64,000 nucleotides of DNA from Octopus vulgaris (Eukaryota), in NCBI GenBank assembly GCA_951406725.2, contig OX597821.1, positions 9,300,001 to 9,364,000 on the forward strand, read 5' to 3'. The notes under the pieces were generated by a model. It saw nothing but the letters and a program-made list of their open reading frames with translations, did no database searches and was not told where the DNA came from. Made by a program: the position numbers and the translations under genes. The number at the start of each line of letters is the position of its first letter. The first letter of the stretch is position 1. Below, one piece after another: positions 28,488-42,230 of the stretch.

Positions 28488-28716
28488 GAAATGAAGAAAA
28501 TGCTGACAAATAATTGAAGTAATTTAAGTAATTTAATTAGGTGAAAGTTCTTTTTACCGGTTGCGCATTTGTTATGCTTATCAAAATAAGCATATTTTGA
28601 TAAGCATAACATATTTTGATAAGCATAACAAATGCGCAACCGGTAAAAAGAACTTTCACCTAATTAAATTACTTAAATTACTTCAATTATTTGTCAGCAT
28701 TTTCTTCATTTCCTTT
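28484..28716. repeat. 105-bp perfect fold-back palindrome abutting (TA)n, with a hammerhead-like motif at the apex
   Basis: Arms 28484-28588 and 28612-28716. The 23-nt loop is itself a re-copy of the arm start (ATATTTTGATAAGCATAACA). Confidence 0.9.
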
Positions 28717-29626
28717 TTTATATATCACCACTCGTGTTCGACATCTCCTTTTTTAAATATATACATATATATATATATTTACATGTATGTAAATTTGAGA
28801 AGAAACACATGTAGCAATTCAACAATGATATACTTAAATCATACCATAAATGTAATATATTATCTCATAAGAAAAATAAATATATATAAAAGTACGTAAT
28901 TTTACAATAAAAACCAAAAAAAATCCACAATATATCTTAAAATAAAAACATAAATTATCTTATTGAATATATTCTGTTAACTAAATTTTTAAACTTAATA
29001 CCTAGGACTTAGCGTTTGTAATAATTTTATCTCGTTAAAAACGTGATGCAGATAAAAATGGAAGAAATAGATAGAAATATATATTTTGTCTATGAAAATA
29101 TATTTTAGTTTATGGAAGAAAATAACAAACTATAGTACATCATTACTGGAAAATTAATGTACAAGTAACTAAAAGAAAATATTTTAAACAAAATATTTAA
29201 AATACATGATATACGTTAATTGAAGCTAAATTGCTATAATTTAATCTATATCCATTAAATTATTTATTTCTGTATTTTTTAATAAGCAACTAAGTTTGAT
29301 TTTATTCTAATTATATAATATATACTAAAAAACTACCTGATAACTTATATACATAATATTACTACAAACTATAACTACAAGAACTAAAAAGAAAAAAAGT
29401 ACCAATATTTTACTCATTTATAGAATTAACTAAAGTTTCTATCATTATTAAAAATATTTACTTAAATGCAATATTATATAATAAATATAAAATTACTATT
29501 CGATAAGATTTTGTCTTACAAGACTATTTCCCAATGTCAATTATATGTAATAGCTTAAGATTATAGTTCACAAGTTAATATCAACAACAACAACAAAAAC
29601 AAAAAAACAACAACAACAACAACAAC

Positions 29627-29694
<68 letters not shown>

Positions 29695-29770
29695 CAACAA
29701 CAATAATAATAATAATAATAATCTTATATAGGGATGGAGAATATAGAAATCATTTCAAATTTATCAGTTT

Positions 29771-29827
<57 letters not shown>

Positions 29828-30439
29828 TTCTATTAATAAAGATTTATAGTTAGTAAATAGTGATTTATTTTATTAATGAGTTAAATTAAAGGAATATGCT
29901 AGACAATATTTATTACATTTAAAAATAAACCTTATATATTAGTACATATATCAAGAGCCTATAAAATATATTAAAATGTCCTGTATTATTTATGTCCTGT
30001 TTACCATTTCCATTTATTGTATCTAGGAAGATCTTGATGATATAAATCTTTCAAATGAAAACCTAAATAAAAATAGCTCAACTAATATAAAATCTTCAAC
30101 TTTAAAAAAATATAAATCAACCAAAATAGATAACCTAGTATATAAACCCGATACAATAGATGGAAATGGTAAACATGACATAAATAAGTATAAAAAGGTT
30201 AAGTTGTATAAAATAAATATAAATAATAATATAAAAATCTCTCCCGCTTATGAAAAATTCCTAATAAATATAAACATTTCAGTAGTAGAAGGATTAAACT
30301 ACGAATATTCGGAAATATTATACCTCTTGAACGTATCACATAATTAACAGTAATTACACAAGTAAACCGGAAGTATTATACTGTTCGTGATATATAAGCA
30401 TACTTCAAGGAAAATATATTAACAAATAAGAGCTAATTC

Positions 30440-30710
30440 ATGTTGTGTAAACTGTTAACGTCTCAAGCATGTTCTAATACAATATTGTACACTAGACTTA
30501 TAGTCTCTTACTATTTCATTGGCCATACACATGACATCGAGGAAGGGATACTTATGCGGGTCATAAGTATTAGTAATAATAATAATTTTAATGCTTACTA
30601 CAATAGTTATGGTCATAATACAGAAAGGCTTAAAGGAAATATCAGTGTAGCTGTGTGGACAAACTACGAGGGAGCAAACACGACCATAGATATGGAAATG
30701 AAATAGGAAA
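30440..30710 (+). pseudogene. Possible very degenerate PLE GIY-YIG remnant within an AT-rich 28.7-31.1 kb block
   Basis: C..L.SQACSNTILY...YYFIGHT...ISVAVW resembles the spacing of the domain at 45521-45940. Confidence 0.3.
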
Positions 30711-31168
30711 TCTTAGTATATAACTTAGTAGAATATATTTCAGTACCATGAAGTTGGGAAACCAACAATAGAGAAAATTATTGTTTTATATACACATAGA
30801 CACAATATTGTTAGAAATATTGACCCTCAGATACATCTTAATAAAAAGCTAGTATTTTATAAATGTATAAAACTTAAAATAAGTCACGAAACAACTTTTC
30901 ATTGGTTAATAAGATCAAGACGTTACTTATAGTTATGAATATCAGTTCTGCAGGGTTATCTGTAGGTTAATGCACCGTGCAACAATCTAACTGAAGACGA
31001 GATTACTATGCACGTTTGTTGATAAATAATATGCTTAAATATTATTGACTTGATAACCAATATTCCTTTTGTAGGTATGCTACTATAGATAACTTCAGTC
31101 GTGCCCCAGAAGAAACTGCATTTAAAACTTTTCCTATTAATGATTGAATGGTATTCTTAATAACACTT

Positions 31169-31568
31169 GAAACTACGAGCTGGCAGAATTGTTAAGCATA
31201 CCGGGTGAAATGCTTAGCGGTATTTCGTCTGCCGCTACGTTCTGAGTTCAAATCCCGCCGAGGTCAACTTTGCCTTTCATCCTTTCGGGGTCGATTAAAT
31301 AAGTACCAGTTAGGCACTGGGGTCGATACAATCGATTTAATCCGTTTGTTTGTCTTTGTTTGTCCCCCCTGTGTGTAGCCCCTTGTATGCAGTAAAGAAA
31401 TATGTATTTCGTCTGTCTTTAGCTCCTGAGTTGAAATTCCGCCGAAGTCAACTTTCCCTTTCATCCTCTCGAGGTCGATAAATTAAACAGTGAAACATTG
31501 GGGCTGATGTACTCGGCTCATCTCCCTACCACAAAAAGATGGCTACCCTTCTGGCAAAATCTGAAACC
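31169..31568 (+). mobile_element. Dimeric SINE family Z (Meta-domain-like core duplicated)
   Basis: Two copies of the GTATTTCGTCTG..CCGCCGA.GTCAACTTT.CCTTTCATCCT core; imperfect 16-bp TSD ATTCT(T/G)AATAACACTT at 31153-31168 and 31569-31584. Confidence 0.8.
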
Positions 31569-32153
31569 ATTCTGAATAACACTTCTATCATTTACAATTA
31601 TCCAAACTTGTATTACGAAGTTGGAGATGGGAATGCGGTATCTATAAAAGCTAAAATAATTAACAAGCATATTCTAGAGCCACAATAACCTTTATTATGG
31701 AATCGTGGGATAAAGAATGCATGAAATCTTTACTTACCAACGCTATCTTTTCAAAAAATGTCCCTATCCTTTCTTGATTAACAAAATCAGGATATATGTT
31801 CTTTATGATCAGTAAGTCACCAATAATAGAGTAAATTTTTTGTATATGGTAAGAAGTACTGAATTCCAGCTGCAAATAATTACAATATAAAAACAATTTA
31901 AGAAAAGTTTGACAGCATAGATGCGACTTCAAAATTATAATGTATAGAATAAAGTATCAAATTATTGTAAAATTTTAACTCAACATAAAAACAAACATTT
32001 ATATTTACATAATAATGTCTGTTTTATGCTTAGTTATATTAATATAATTTTACATGAGTCTTGTGCATTAATCTATACTTTTGTAGAGTACAAATTTATT
32101 ATTCATATGCAACATTCTTGTGTACATGCACAGGCACACACGCATACACACAC

Positions 32154-32207
<54 letters not shown>

Positions 32208-32321
32208 GTACATATATACACACATATGATATATATGTGCACACACACACACACACACATATATATATGTATATATATATACGTACATATATACACACAT
32301 ATAATATATATGTACACACAC

Positions 32322-32367
<46 letters not shown>

Positions 32368-33229
32368 TCTAACGTACACAGTATTAAACAAGAACTATTA
32401 ATAGTTTCGTCCCATGGAGACACGGTATTCAATAGGTTTATATAAGCTCACAATGAGATCTGCTGAATATTATGCATGCGTCAAAACATTCGATAAGCGT
32501 GCATTACAAACAGCAGTGGAATTAAAACATGCATAATGGAACACATATCTGGTTTCTACCTTTCTGCACCATTGCCACCAGAGCAATCAATTCAAGATGT
32601 CCAGATGCATCGCAGGCGCCTATACCGTTTATAAGTAACCTCCTCGTCAATTGTATTAAAACTAAAATGTGTGCAACCGAAAATGTTTTGGTACCATTGG
32701 TTTATGTTATTAGCTTGCCTGGTGTGAGGTGTCCCATGACTGCTGACTTTATCAGACTGTTAACTCGCATTCAGTGAATTATTTAACAAAGCTTCCTCGT
32801 GGCTTCTCTGAATGTATACTGACACCAGGGTTTCATCTGAACAGGAAACACTTTATGACAGTGACTAGCGTAAATGTGACAACTCAAGTCAGTCCCCAGG
32901 ACACTATAAACTGTTTTTATGGTGACATGAGCACAGTTTTGATAAATGTTCGTAAGAATAACCATTTGTATTTTAGGCAGGTTTAAACGACCGTGTATAA
33001 TGTGATTGTGAAATTCGGATTGTGCATAGGAAGGCATGGGATACCAAACTACAACGCAAGTGGGCCACTCCGGTTGCAAGTGAGTCAGCTCTTAAACCCA
33101 GTATTAATGAATACTTGGTTGAAAGAAAAAAGATACATATATGTATAATTGTCAGCATCCACTTTCAGTTCCCTTGCATATTCTCGATTTTGCATTTACC
33201 CGTTGAAGAGGAATATCAGGTATAAAATC

Positions 33230-34870
33230 TACAGGGTGCAGATGGGTAAGGGGACTGCGTGTTCGGCTCATGCCTGCTTGACAGGTACAGAAGTGGTGGC
33301 ATGAATGCATGTAAGTAGGTTGATGTATCTAAATTAAACTGCCTTGACAAACCTGGGCAATATGTCAGAAGCAGTTAACATTATTCATCTAAATCAAAAG
33401 GTATCCATATTAAAGATTTGTTAAACAGCTCAAAGTTACTGTTCTGTCTTGTGTTTACTGGATAAAACGACAGAACGGCTTTAGAAAAAATGAAGAGCTT
33501 GTGGCGACGGTGTCCTATGAAAGGAAATGGTACTTCCCAAAACACTCCCTTGTAGTGTGCCGAGACGCCAATGAGATAAGGTAGAGATTTTAAAGAGTAT
33601 AAGTTTAAAGTCCTGCGCTTGTTGCGGACAGCAAGGTAAACGTGGTGTTGCCGAAAATCCCACGAATCGTAGTCATCTACAGATAACTGAGATGCTAAAT
33701 CTCTGTACCACGAGCTGCGGGCAGCATATGGCTCACATTCTTACATTTTGTTCTTCGAAGTATGACTGTTAAGGCAATGCTGCGCAAGCAAGGCGAATTC
33801 AAGTGCACATAATGACAACATCTTAGCGATAACTTGAAAAATGAATCTATTAGTTTGATGATCAACTCACTAACGATGGAATAATGCTAAAGCTCTTGGG
33901 GAAAAAGTCATTGTTTCTGAACCAGTCGAAGAAGGTGGTGTTCAGAGACTAGTAAATTTATCTATCATATTTCACAGCGTCGAACAGAGGCGAATTGCCA
34001 CTAAATTGATATACGGACCCAAATACATTGATAACTGCGATAGGATTTCCTTGATATTTAGCTGTTGAAAAGATCTTAGCAAGGAAGTTTCTCAATCGGT
34101 TGCCAGATCATGCTGTTCCAGAAATTCTTCTTGAGTCACAAGGAATCTTTCGTTTAAATCACGGCACAACGGACACGATATTTGCAGCCTGACAGGTTCA
34201 AGATAATTGCAGAGAAGTGGAGGCGCAATGGCCCAGTGGTTAGGGTAGCGGACTCGCGGTCGTAGGATCACGGTTTCGATTCCCAGACCGGGCGTTGTGA
34301 GTGTTTATTGAGCGAAAACACCTAAAGCTCCACGAGGCTCCGGAAGGGATGGTTGTGATCCCTGCTGTACTCTTTCACCACAACTTTCTCTCACTCTTAC
34401 TTCCTGTTTTTGTTGTACCTGTATTTCAAAGGGCCGGCCTTGTCACTCTCTGTGTCACGCTGAATATCCCCGAGAACTACGTTAAGGGTACACGTGTCTG
34501 TGGAGTGCTCAGCCACTTACACGTTAATTTCACGAGCAGGCTGTTCCGTTGATCGGATCAACCGTAACCCTCATCGTCGTAACCGACGGAGTGCTTCCAC
34601 CACCAATTGCAGAGAAATACAGCTCAATTTGTAACAGTGTTTCATGATTTTTTAACATTGTACATTTGATGCGTCTATTTATACGCTGAGGTATCCTGAA
34701 AAAGTCCACAGGATTCATTGGGTATTTTCATGAAAACATTAAATCATGGGTATAAGTCACTGGTGAACTACTAGAACCCCTGACAGTTAAATCCTGTGAT
34801 ATGATGAGTCACCTCCTGAATCCTAAATTGTTCCCCATCACATTGAAAGCAAAACCAACTTGTACAACAG
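33230..34870 (+). pseudogene. Degenerate RTE (BovB-like) LINE, interrupted by a SINE
   Basis: RGISL-like and EILLESQ..HGTTDTIFAA*QVQDNCRE match RTE RT motifs. Confidence 0.6.
34217..34604 (+). mobile_element. Full-length SINE family X
   Basis: Perfect 12-bp TSD AATTGCAGAGAA at 34205-34216 and 34605-34616. Confidence 0.92.
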
Positions 34871-35396
34871 GTAAGTAAGACATATTTCAGTGTATTTTCT
34901 CAGTTCATTCGCACGCGCACAAACAGAAACACAAGCCGTTCATTTTCACTTTGGCGAAGAGTGAATGAATCAATTTTGGAGTTTTCTCATGAAAAAAATT
35001 TTAATTAATTCGGAGTGGGGTGCAGTTAATTAAACATTTTGAAAACATAGTTTTCTGGCATATTCAGAATTTCTGTCATCGAAAACATACGAATCCGCTG
35101 AATATTGTTTTTTTTTTTTAATGTCGACTTTTGCGTGCCGGTGTAAATTTTAATCGAAATTTTTTTTATCTGTCATGAAAGTACTTTTTGAAATTCTTTA
35201 CACACACACACAGACACACACACTCACACACACAGACACAGACACACACACTCACACACAAACACACACATGCACACGCACGTACACACAGACACACACA
35301 CACACACATATTTTATTTGCTTTCATTGCCTGCTATTTCAGTAGAAATCAACGGGCGCAGAAACGCACAAAACGGAGAAAATGAAATAAATACCAT

Positions 35397-36123
35397 TTAC
35401 TCATACCCATGGGTATGAGTAAGTATCTCATTTGTTTCTTTGCCACATTTATCTCTGACGAAGTGAGCGTTCTTATGAACTAACCCTGAAATCGGTCCGA
35501 CATGATAATAATGGAATTTTTTAGAAATTTCTGTCAGCCTTTTTCGAGTAGCGTACATATTGTGAAAAAGTATATGGTTATGGACAATATGTTCAATTTC
35601 GGCATATTTGGCATTAGAAATTGTTTTCATTTGCCCTTATTTATAAGTTGATTATATATTTAACCTTTAAAGGTATGTTTTTAATATGCTGGCCATTGAT
35701 AAATATTTTTCCGAAAAAATGTTATCCTACGTTAGATATCAATTTAATAGTGTTCACTTCCGGACTCTCTCACTCTGTGAGAGCCTCAGTTCAAATCGCA
35801 CGTGTCTCAGATTGGCTGGAGAATTTCTATTTGGGATGTATTTGGGGTATGAATTGTGCTCATGGCTTACTGTTTGCTTCTTCCATGGGTATGAGTAAGT
35901 ATCTCATTTATTTCTTTGCCACATTTATCACTGACGAAGGGAGGGTTCTTATGAACTAACCCTGAAATCTGTCCGATGTGGTAAGAATGGAATTTTTTAG
36001 AAATTTCTGTCAGCCTTTTTCGAGTAGCGTGCGTATTGTGAACAATTATATGGTTATGGAAAATATGTCCAATTTCGGCATGTATGGCATTAGAAATTTT
36101 TTTGTTTGCCCTTATTTATAAGT

Positions 36124-36125
<2 letters not shown>
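35397..36125 (+). mobile_element. ORF-less partial tandem element (476-bp period), each repeat carrying a hammerhead motif; ends at (TA)n
   Basis: ~245-bp direct repeats start at 35407 and 35883; CTGACGA at 35455 and 35931; the 5' end has the palindrome TACTCATACCCATGGGTATGAGTA. Confidence 0.8.
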
Positions 36126-36538
<413 letters not shown>

Positions 36539-36544
36539 CATATA

Positions 36545-36695
36545 TACGACGAGTTTCTGTCTACCAAATCCACTCACAAGGCTTTGGTCGCCCCGAGGCT
36601 ATAGTAGAAGATACTTGCACAAGGTGTCACGCAGTGGGACTGAATCCAAAACCATGTGGTTCGTAAGCAAGCTACTTACAGCCACTCCTACGCCT
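36545..36695 (-). mobile_element. 5' half of SINE family Y
   Basis: Homologous to 3095-3259. Confidence 0.75.
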
Positions 36696-36999
36696 ATTCC
36701 TAAAAAAGAAAAAGAAATCAAGACCGTATTATTATTTCGAAGGTCAAATTATTCCTGTACTCCAAGTATGATACACATTGATCCAGAAGTTTGGGCATAC
36801 ATTGAGGACACACACACACACACACACACACAAACATATTGTTAAAATTATGTTATGCAATATTTTTATACCTTTTAACATTTTTATTGTAAAAAAAATG
36901 GGCATTACAATACATTCCAGTATGTGCTTTATAAATACATTTCAAAGCAACATAGACCGGCCCAAAAGCCGGGAGACCCGCTACTATGTATGAATATAT

Positions 37000-37140
37000 A
37001 TAGCTACATACAAAGTATTGATAAGACGCTCAGGGGACGAAAGAAGTGGTGTTTCACGTTTCGAGCAAAGCTCCTTTTCAGAAACAGGTGACAGAATAAA
37101 GTCCAAGAGATAAGACGAAAGAAACAAATCCTCAACAATC
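37000..37140 (-). mobile_element. PLE terminal-repeat fragment with a decayed minimal hammerhead
   Basis: Minus strand gttt CTGAAAA g gagc ttt gctc GAAAC GTG aaac, followed by CCTGAGCGTC as at ~36300. Confidence 0.55.
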
Positions 37141-37165
37141 CACATGTAGTTACATTTTTGATTGT

Positions 37166-37227
<62 letters not shown>

Positions 37228-37349
37228 AAATACATTCTATCCGTCAAACAGAAAATACGCTATATCGGACTCGAAATGATAAAATAAATATATGGTTTGA
37301 GCTCGGTGAAACGAATATAAAAAATAAATATTTATTTGAAATTCATTTC

Positions 37350-39700
37350 TGCATTATTTTACGGCATGCTGAAACAAAATCCTACAAGTCCAGACAAATA
37401 TTTGTCATACGTATATGTACAGTCAGTTTGTTATTTCATTTAGACTGAATTTGGTTGTTATAGCGGGTCACATAAAATCCACATAATCATCACTTCTGAC
37501 ATATTTAGCATTGTACAGCTACTGAACACAAATTATATTTTAGACCATATATCATAACTAATGAAGGGACCACATTTACAAATATTTGCACAAACAGAAG
37601 TAGACCAGGTATCAATCATATTAGTCTTGTCTCAGTTTTCCAGTTGCTAGTATGTCTGTGCATATTATGCATGATTCTCAAAACCACGTTTATAGTTTGT
37701 TCCTCTCGATTTCTCACAATTCATTGAAGTATTGTAAATATTTTATGAGGTTTCTCTTTGTTTTTTGATTAGAACATTTAGTGTGTATGTGATTGTCATA
37801 ATGAACGAAATATAACTTACAATGATGGTTTTCCCATAAGGTACAGACTTAATTGTGTACTTAAACCAAGGTAAATGCCCAGTGATATTGAGATAATTCT
37901 GTAAGATGGTGGTGTGATTAGTATACATCGGCGATTTCTTGAATTCATTAAATATGTATGTCCAATAAGGTTGCATTGTTCTATTTTTATTTACTGGAAT
38001 AAAATTGTTAATCATCAGTTTTCTTGTCAGTGGGAGGCAATACAAATATGCACAACAAATAATAATACCATTCCCATAGATTTGTATATATGAGAAAAAT
38101 TTCAATCCTGCCCTGAGAAGAAAACACATTTCTATGCATCTATATCAACTGTTTTCTACTAAAAATAGGAATATTTGAAAGATTCAAAGTTAGATTCTGT
38201 ATGATTTTAAACCCTTCCCCCTTTTGAATGTTTTAAATATATAGCTCATAGAGAGTCGTCAAAAATACTTTAGGATAGAAACATTAGCATATCATTTCAC
38301 AAAACTCTAATACTGACTGAGATATCAATTGTCATGCTGTTGTCATGATAGTTGTATGATACCAAACATTTCTCTACTTCGCACCAATCTTTTGTCATTT
38401 TTATCCCAGTGAGTGAATTAAACTAATACATAAGGTGCTTAGATACTCCTTGTCATCTAATATAGAAGTGGAGTATACCCTGGGCCCTTTTAATAATTTA
38501 GAGCTTGATCAAATACACAAGTCAAAAGTGTGTCTTTTATCCATGAGCAAATTAAAAGTGCTTTTTAAAGATGGTATTACTAAGTTAGCAGTCATGTTCA
38601 GGCTAACATAATGCGTTGATTATAATTGCTTACACTGAAAATGCATTATTTTTACAAAAGAAACCTTAATAACTTGATCATAGCGTGCAGAAAAATAGTA
38701 TTTGTTCATATTGAAATGTGAACATGAGAGATTCATTAACCTAGTGATAGGTTATAAATACAAGAAATTAAAAATTTCAATTTATATTTTATTGTAGCGT
38801 TATCGATTAAACAAACTTTGATATATTTCTATAATATAATTTACGCAACATAGATATATGGATAATTTATTGACTGTGTTTATAAGTTGTGTAACAAAAT
38901 ATAATACAACTCGAGGTAAATATCATATGTTTGATATTTAATGCCTAAATGTCTGCCTTTATATTGATACGATATAGTCTGATGCTATTTCACAATCTTT
39001 GAAATTTTATTGCACTAAGTGACAAGTAGATAAACTTCCCATAGAGTGCCAATTTGCTTTCATTTTCGAATGATTAGAGTCAGCATTCTTTGAATTATTT
39101 AACAAAGAAGAAAAACGTATACGGACCTTGATTTATACACGACTTGTACAATTTCTTCACCATCTTTACAGGTTCAATAGTATATCCCGTAGTTGGTTCT
39201 TCAAGTAAATCTGTTGGTCAAAATAATTCTATAAACACTCCTGAAAGACTACAGAGTTAATGTCACCTGGAACTGATAAATTATATACTTCATGGCATTT
39301 GACACACTAAATGTTCATTTTCTGTAATTTATATAGTACTTTCAGACACCTGTGAATTTGCTGGAGCAAAGAAATTCTTAAAATCGTATCACCAAATTAT
39401 GTCCATCATTCAGTCACAATAGCAAATAATCTATATACATCTATCTTCTGTGTTGTTAATCTTTCGAAATTATTTGAAGAAACATACTTTGGATTGAACA
39501 TGAAAGCATGAGTTATTCAAGATAAAAATTTTGATGAATAACACCTGCTAAATCGCGGACTTGTCTCAAACGTCTTTACCATTTGATCTTTCTGAAAACT
39601 TATTATAGCTGCAAGTGACGTCAATTAAATAAATGGCGACTACATTTACACCACATAATTGTATATTCAACTCTTTTATTTTCTGCACATATATGTGCTG
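37350..39700 (-). pseudogene. Putative decayed Toll-like receptor pseudogene (LRR, LRRCT, TM, TIR order)
   Basis: CKCSRH/LIDVTCSYNKF (LRRNT-like, ~39620); CEIASDYIVSI*RQTF; IQIYGNGIIICC (LRRCT-like); hydrophobic TIIVSYISFIMTITYTLNVLIKK; then weak TIR-like LIPG, SYDIWSK, VMIMWIL. The block is repeat-free. Confidence 0.35.
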
Positions 39701-40494
39701 GTTCTGATCTCAGTTATCAGAGATTTTCTTTCAAATTACTAGAATAATTTATGAATGGCACAGGGGTACATTAAATACCAGAGATTTCACAGATTAGAGA
39801 ATGTAAGATATTATGTGTTATTCACACACTGAACTACCGAGTTCATTTTTAGGTAATTTATTTGCACTACGAGTTACTACGTTTTTCATCATCACTTGTA
39901 ACATATTGTTCAAAACTGTGATGCAGGATTGTATGGAACCTATTATAAATAGACTTGCTTTGAATAGCAACAAGATTTCTGATTTTGTTTACTACTTCTC
40001 AGTTGTAATGACAACATTTTGTTTAGTGTCAGAAAGCTTGGACTGATATATTAACATATTACCCCTTGAGAATTGCGACAAAAGTATTTGATGCTTCAAA
40101 CTTACATTTATTGTTTGATTATATTTTAAAAGAAATTAGTATATGTAGGTAAGTTATAAATATAATTCATACATTTTCACATTTCCTATAATTAGAAACG
40201 GTTATGTAGTTCTCAACAAATAAGCCTATGAATTCTATTTGAGACAGAATATATGATGTAATCTAAATTTAAAAGACTTGCGTATCGATAACCTTACAAA
40301 ATATCAGGGTATACAACAAACTTAGCCGTCGTGGTATAACTGCTGAAACTTTAGAAGTTTTTAAAAAAATATTGACACATGATTCAATATGACGCAGAGA
40401 GATATGGAAAACACTGAAATTCAAATACACATCTTGAATATATTAAGACACACCGACAGAAGTTTAAGTTACATCATGCAAAATAATATTAGTT

Positions 40495-40862
40495 ATAAAT
40501 GTTGGTACAAGATCAACAATTTTGAAAGGAGACGATATTTACAGCGATCCCAATGATCAAATGGTAGTTATTTAATCGACTATGAGAAAAGCAAAGACGA
40601 CCTCTGTGGAATTTGAACGTAAAGACGGGCGAAATATCGTAAGGTATTTTGCTTGGAGTGCTAAAGTTTCTGCCAACTCGCCCGATTAAACATTGCAATA
40701 CCGTCTGTCTACATTCTGAATTCTAATTCCGTCGCGGTCGACTTTGCCTTTCATCCTTTCGGGGTCGATAGATTAAGTACCAGCTGCGTACTGGGGTCGA
40801 TCTAATCGACTGACCACTTCCCCCAACATTTCGAGGCATGTGCCTAGAGTAGAAAAGAATAT
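40495..40862. mobile_element. Two SINE family Z copies back to back (minus ~40495-40685, plus ~40695-40862)
   Basis: The plus copy has GTCGACTTTGCCTTTCATCCTTTCGGGGTCGATAGATTAAGTACCAG; the minus copy ends in the reverse complement of the GGCGAGTTGGCAGAAAC head. Confidence 0.7.
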
Positions 40863-41689
40863 TAGCAATATCCCACTTAAGTTCAATGACAAAATGAAAA
40901 CAAGAACAACAAAGAATGTTATGCTGGATGGCCTAAAATTTGGTAGTTAATCAAATAAAATATGAATAATACTAAGCTGGAAAAGAAATGTTATATGGTT
41001 AAATTCATGACTAACTACAAAGCTCTTTATATTTTACAATTACTTTTCGATTAAGTCTTACGCTTGATATTTCCATACCAGATTTCATCATTAATAGTGG
41101 TACTGTCATATCTAAGTTCGTTATTAATGCACAGAAATGCTTTATGCAGATTGTTTTTCAAACCCTGAGCTAAATGAAAATCTGATAATGAAATAAATCT
41201 TATAATAAAATATTATCCAGCTATTTAGATATAAATAATACTAAGTAGAGACTTCCAACGAGAAAGGAATATTTTGGTTATAGACGAACAAATTAAAGTT
41301 CAAAACATTTGTAGCCAAATTCTAGCATTTTTATAGATTGTATAATTCTATACATACCAATAAATTCTTTTGTCTTCGGTACACGTCCATCTTGATCTGG
41401 TTTCGATGAAATGTTAAATTCCGGTGGATTTTTGCAGGCATATAAGCAAAAGCTTCGACACGGCTCGGCAGTTTCCGTCGGTTTAGGACTTGCTGAATTT
41501 CACATAATTGGTGATTCAGTAAAAGTTTATAAACATTCAAATATACATATTATGTATTGTTTTATTGATTCCTACATATTTGTTCCCCCACTCATTCTAG
41601 TTTTCTATACATCTGCTTTTTCTTCGATTAATTATATAGTGTCTAGGTGGTTCTAAGTACCCTCAATTGATAATAGCTAATTGGCGACT

Positions 41690-42230
41690 GATGTCATTTC
41701 ACATAATGTTTGCATGCGCTTCATTTTCCCTTGAACCAAGTTTGCAGATCCATAAAAAAGACGAGATGCAAACACATCTCGGTTACCAGCGAAAACCACA
41801 CCGGCAATCGGCTAAAGAAACATTTTAGACGGTCCAGCCTTGAGTGTCTGTTCATATCAACAGACAGAACATTCCAAATATGCCTTGCAAAATATGTTGG
41901 CAGCTGGTGGACCACCTCAGAAGGAGGACGAGTCTCTTTCATAGGAAACCGAAGAGTGGACATTCTTAACGCCTCTTCCGTATTCTGTGGACAAAATAGT
42001 TGACGTTTCACAACCTCTGCAACTAAGATAAAACTTGATGTTTAGCGGTAAATTACGATGGAGTCTTTGCAGGCATTAACCTCTTTTGCTTGACCTGTCA
42101 TGGACAATTTCCTCTTGACACATTTCTCGTATGGAGTAATCCTCCTTTTCATGACATCGTCCCAGTTCCAGTCCATCTGAATGTCCGGTCCAAGGATATT
42201 ATTTAAATACTCCATCAGTCCAAAAGTGAG
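41690..42230 (-). pseudogene. Degenerate L1/Tx1-clade LINE fragment (RT thumb region)
   Basis: ILGPDIQMDWNWDDV..RKLSMTGQAKEVN..SIVIYR resembles the Tx1 W..R.LS..G motif. Confidence 0.55.

Noticed and set aside
30985-31125. CTGAAGA...GAAACTGCA possible long hammerhead
   Set aside because: No convincing stem II closure or cleavage triplet.
32450-33225. Several overlapping short ORFs in moderately GC-rich sequence
   Set aside because: No recognisable motif on either strand; could be an old repeat or exon but unsupported.
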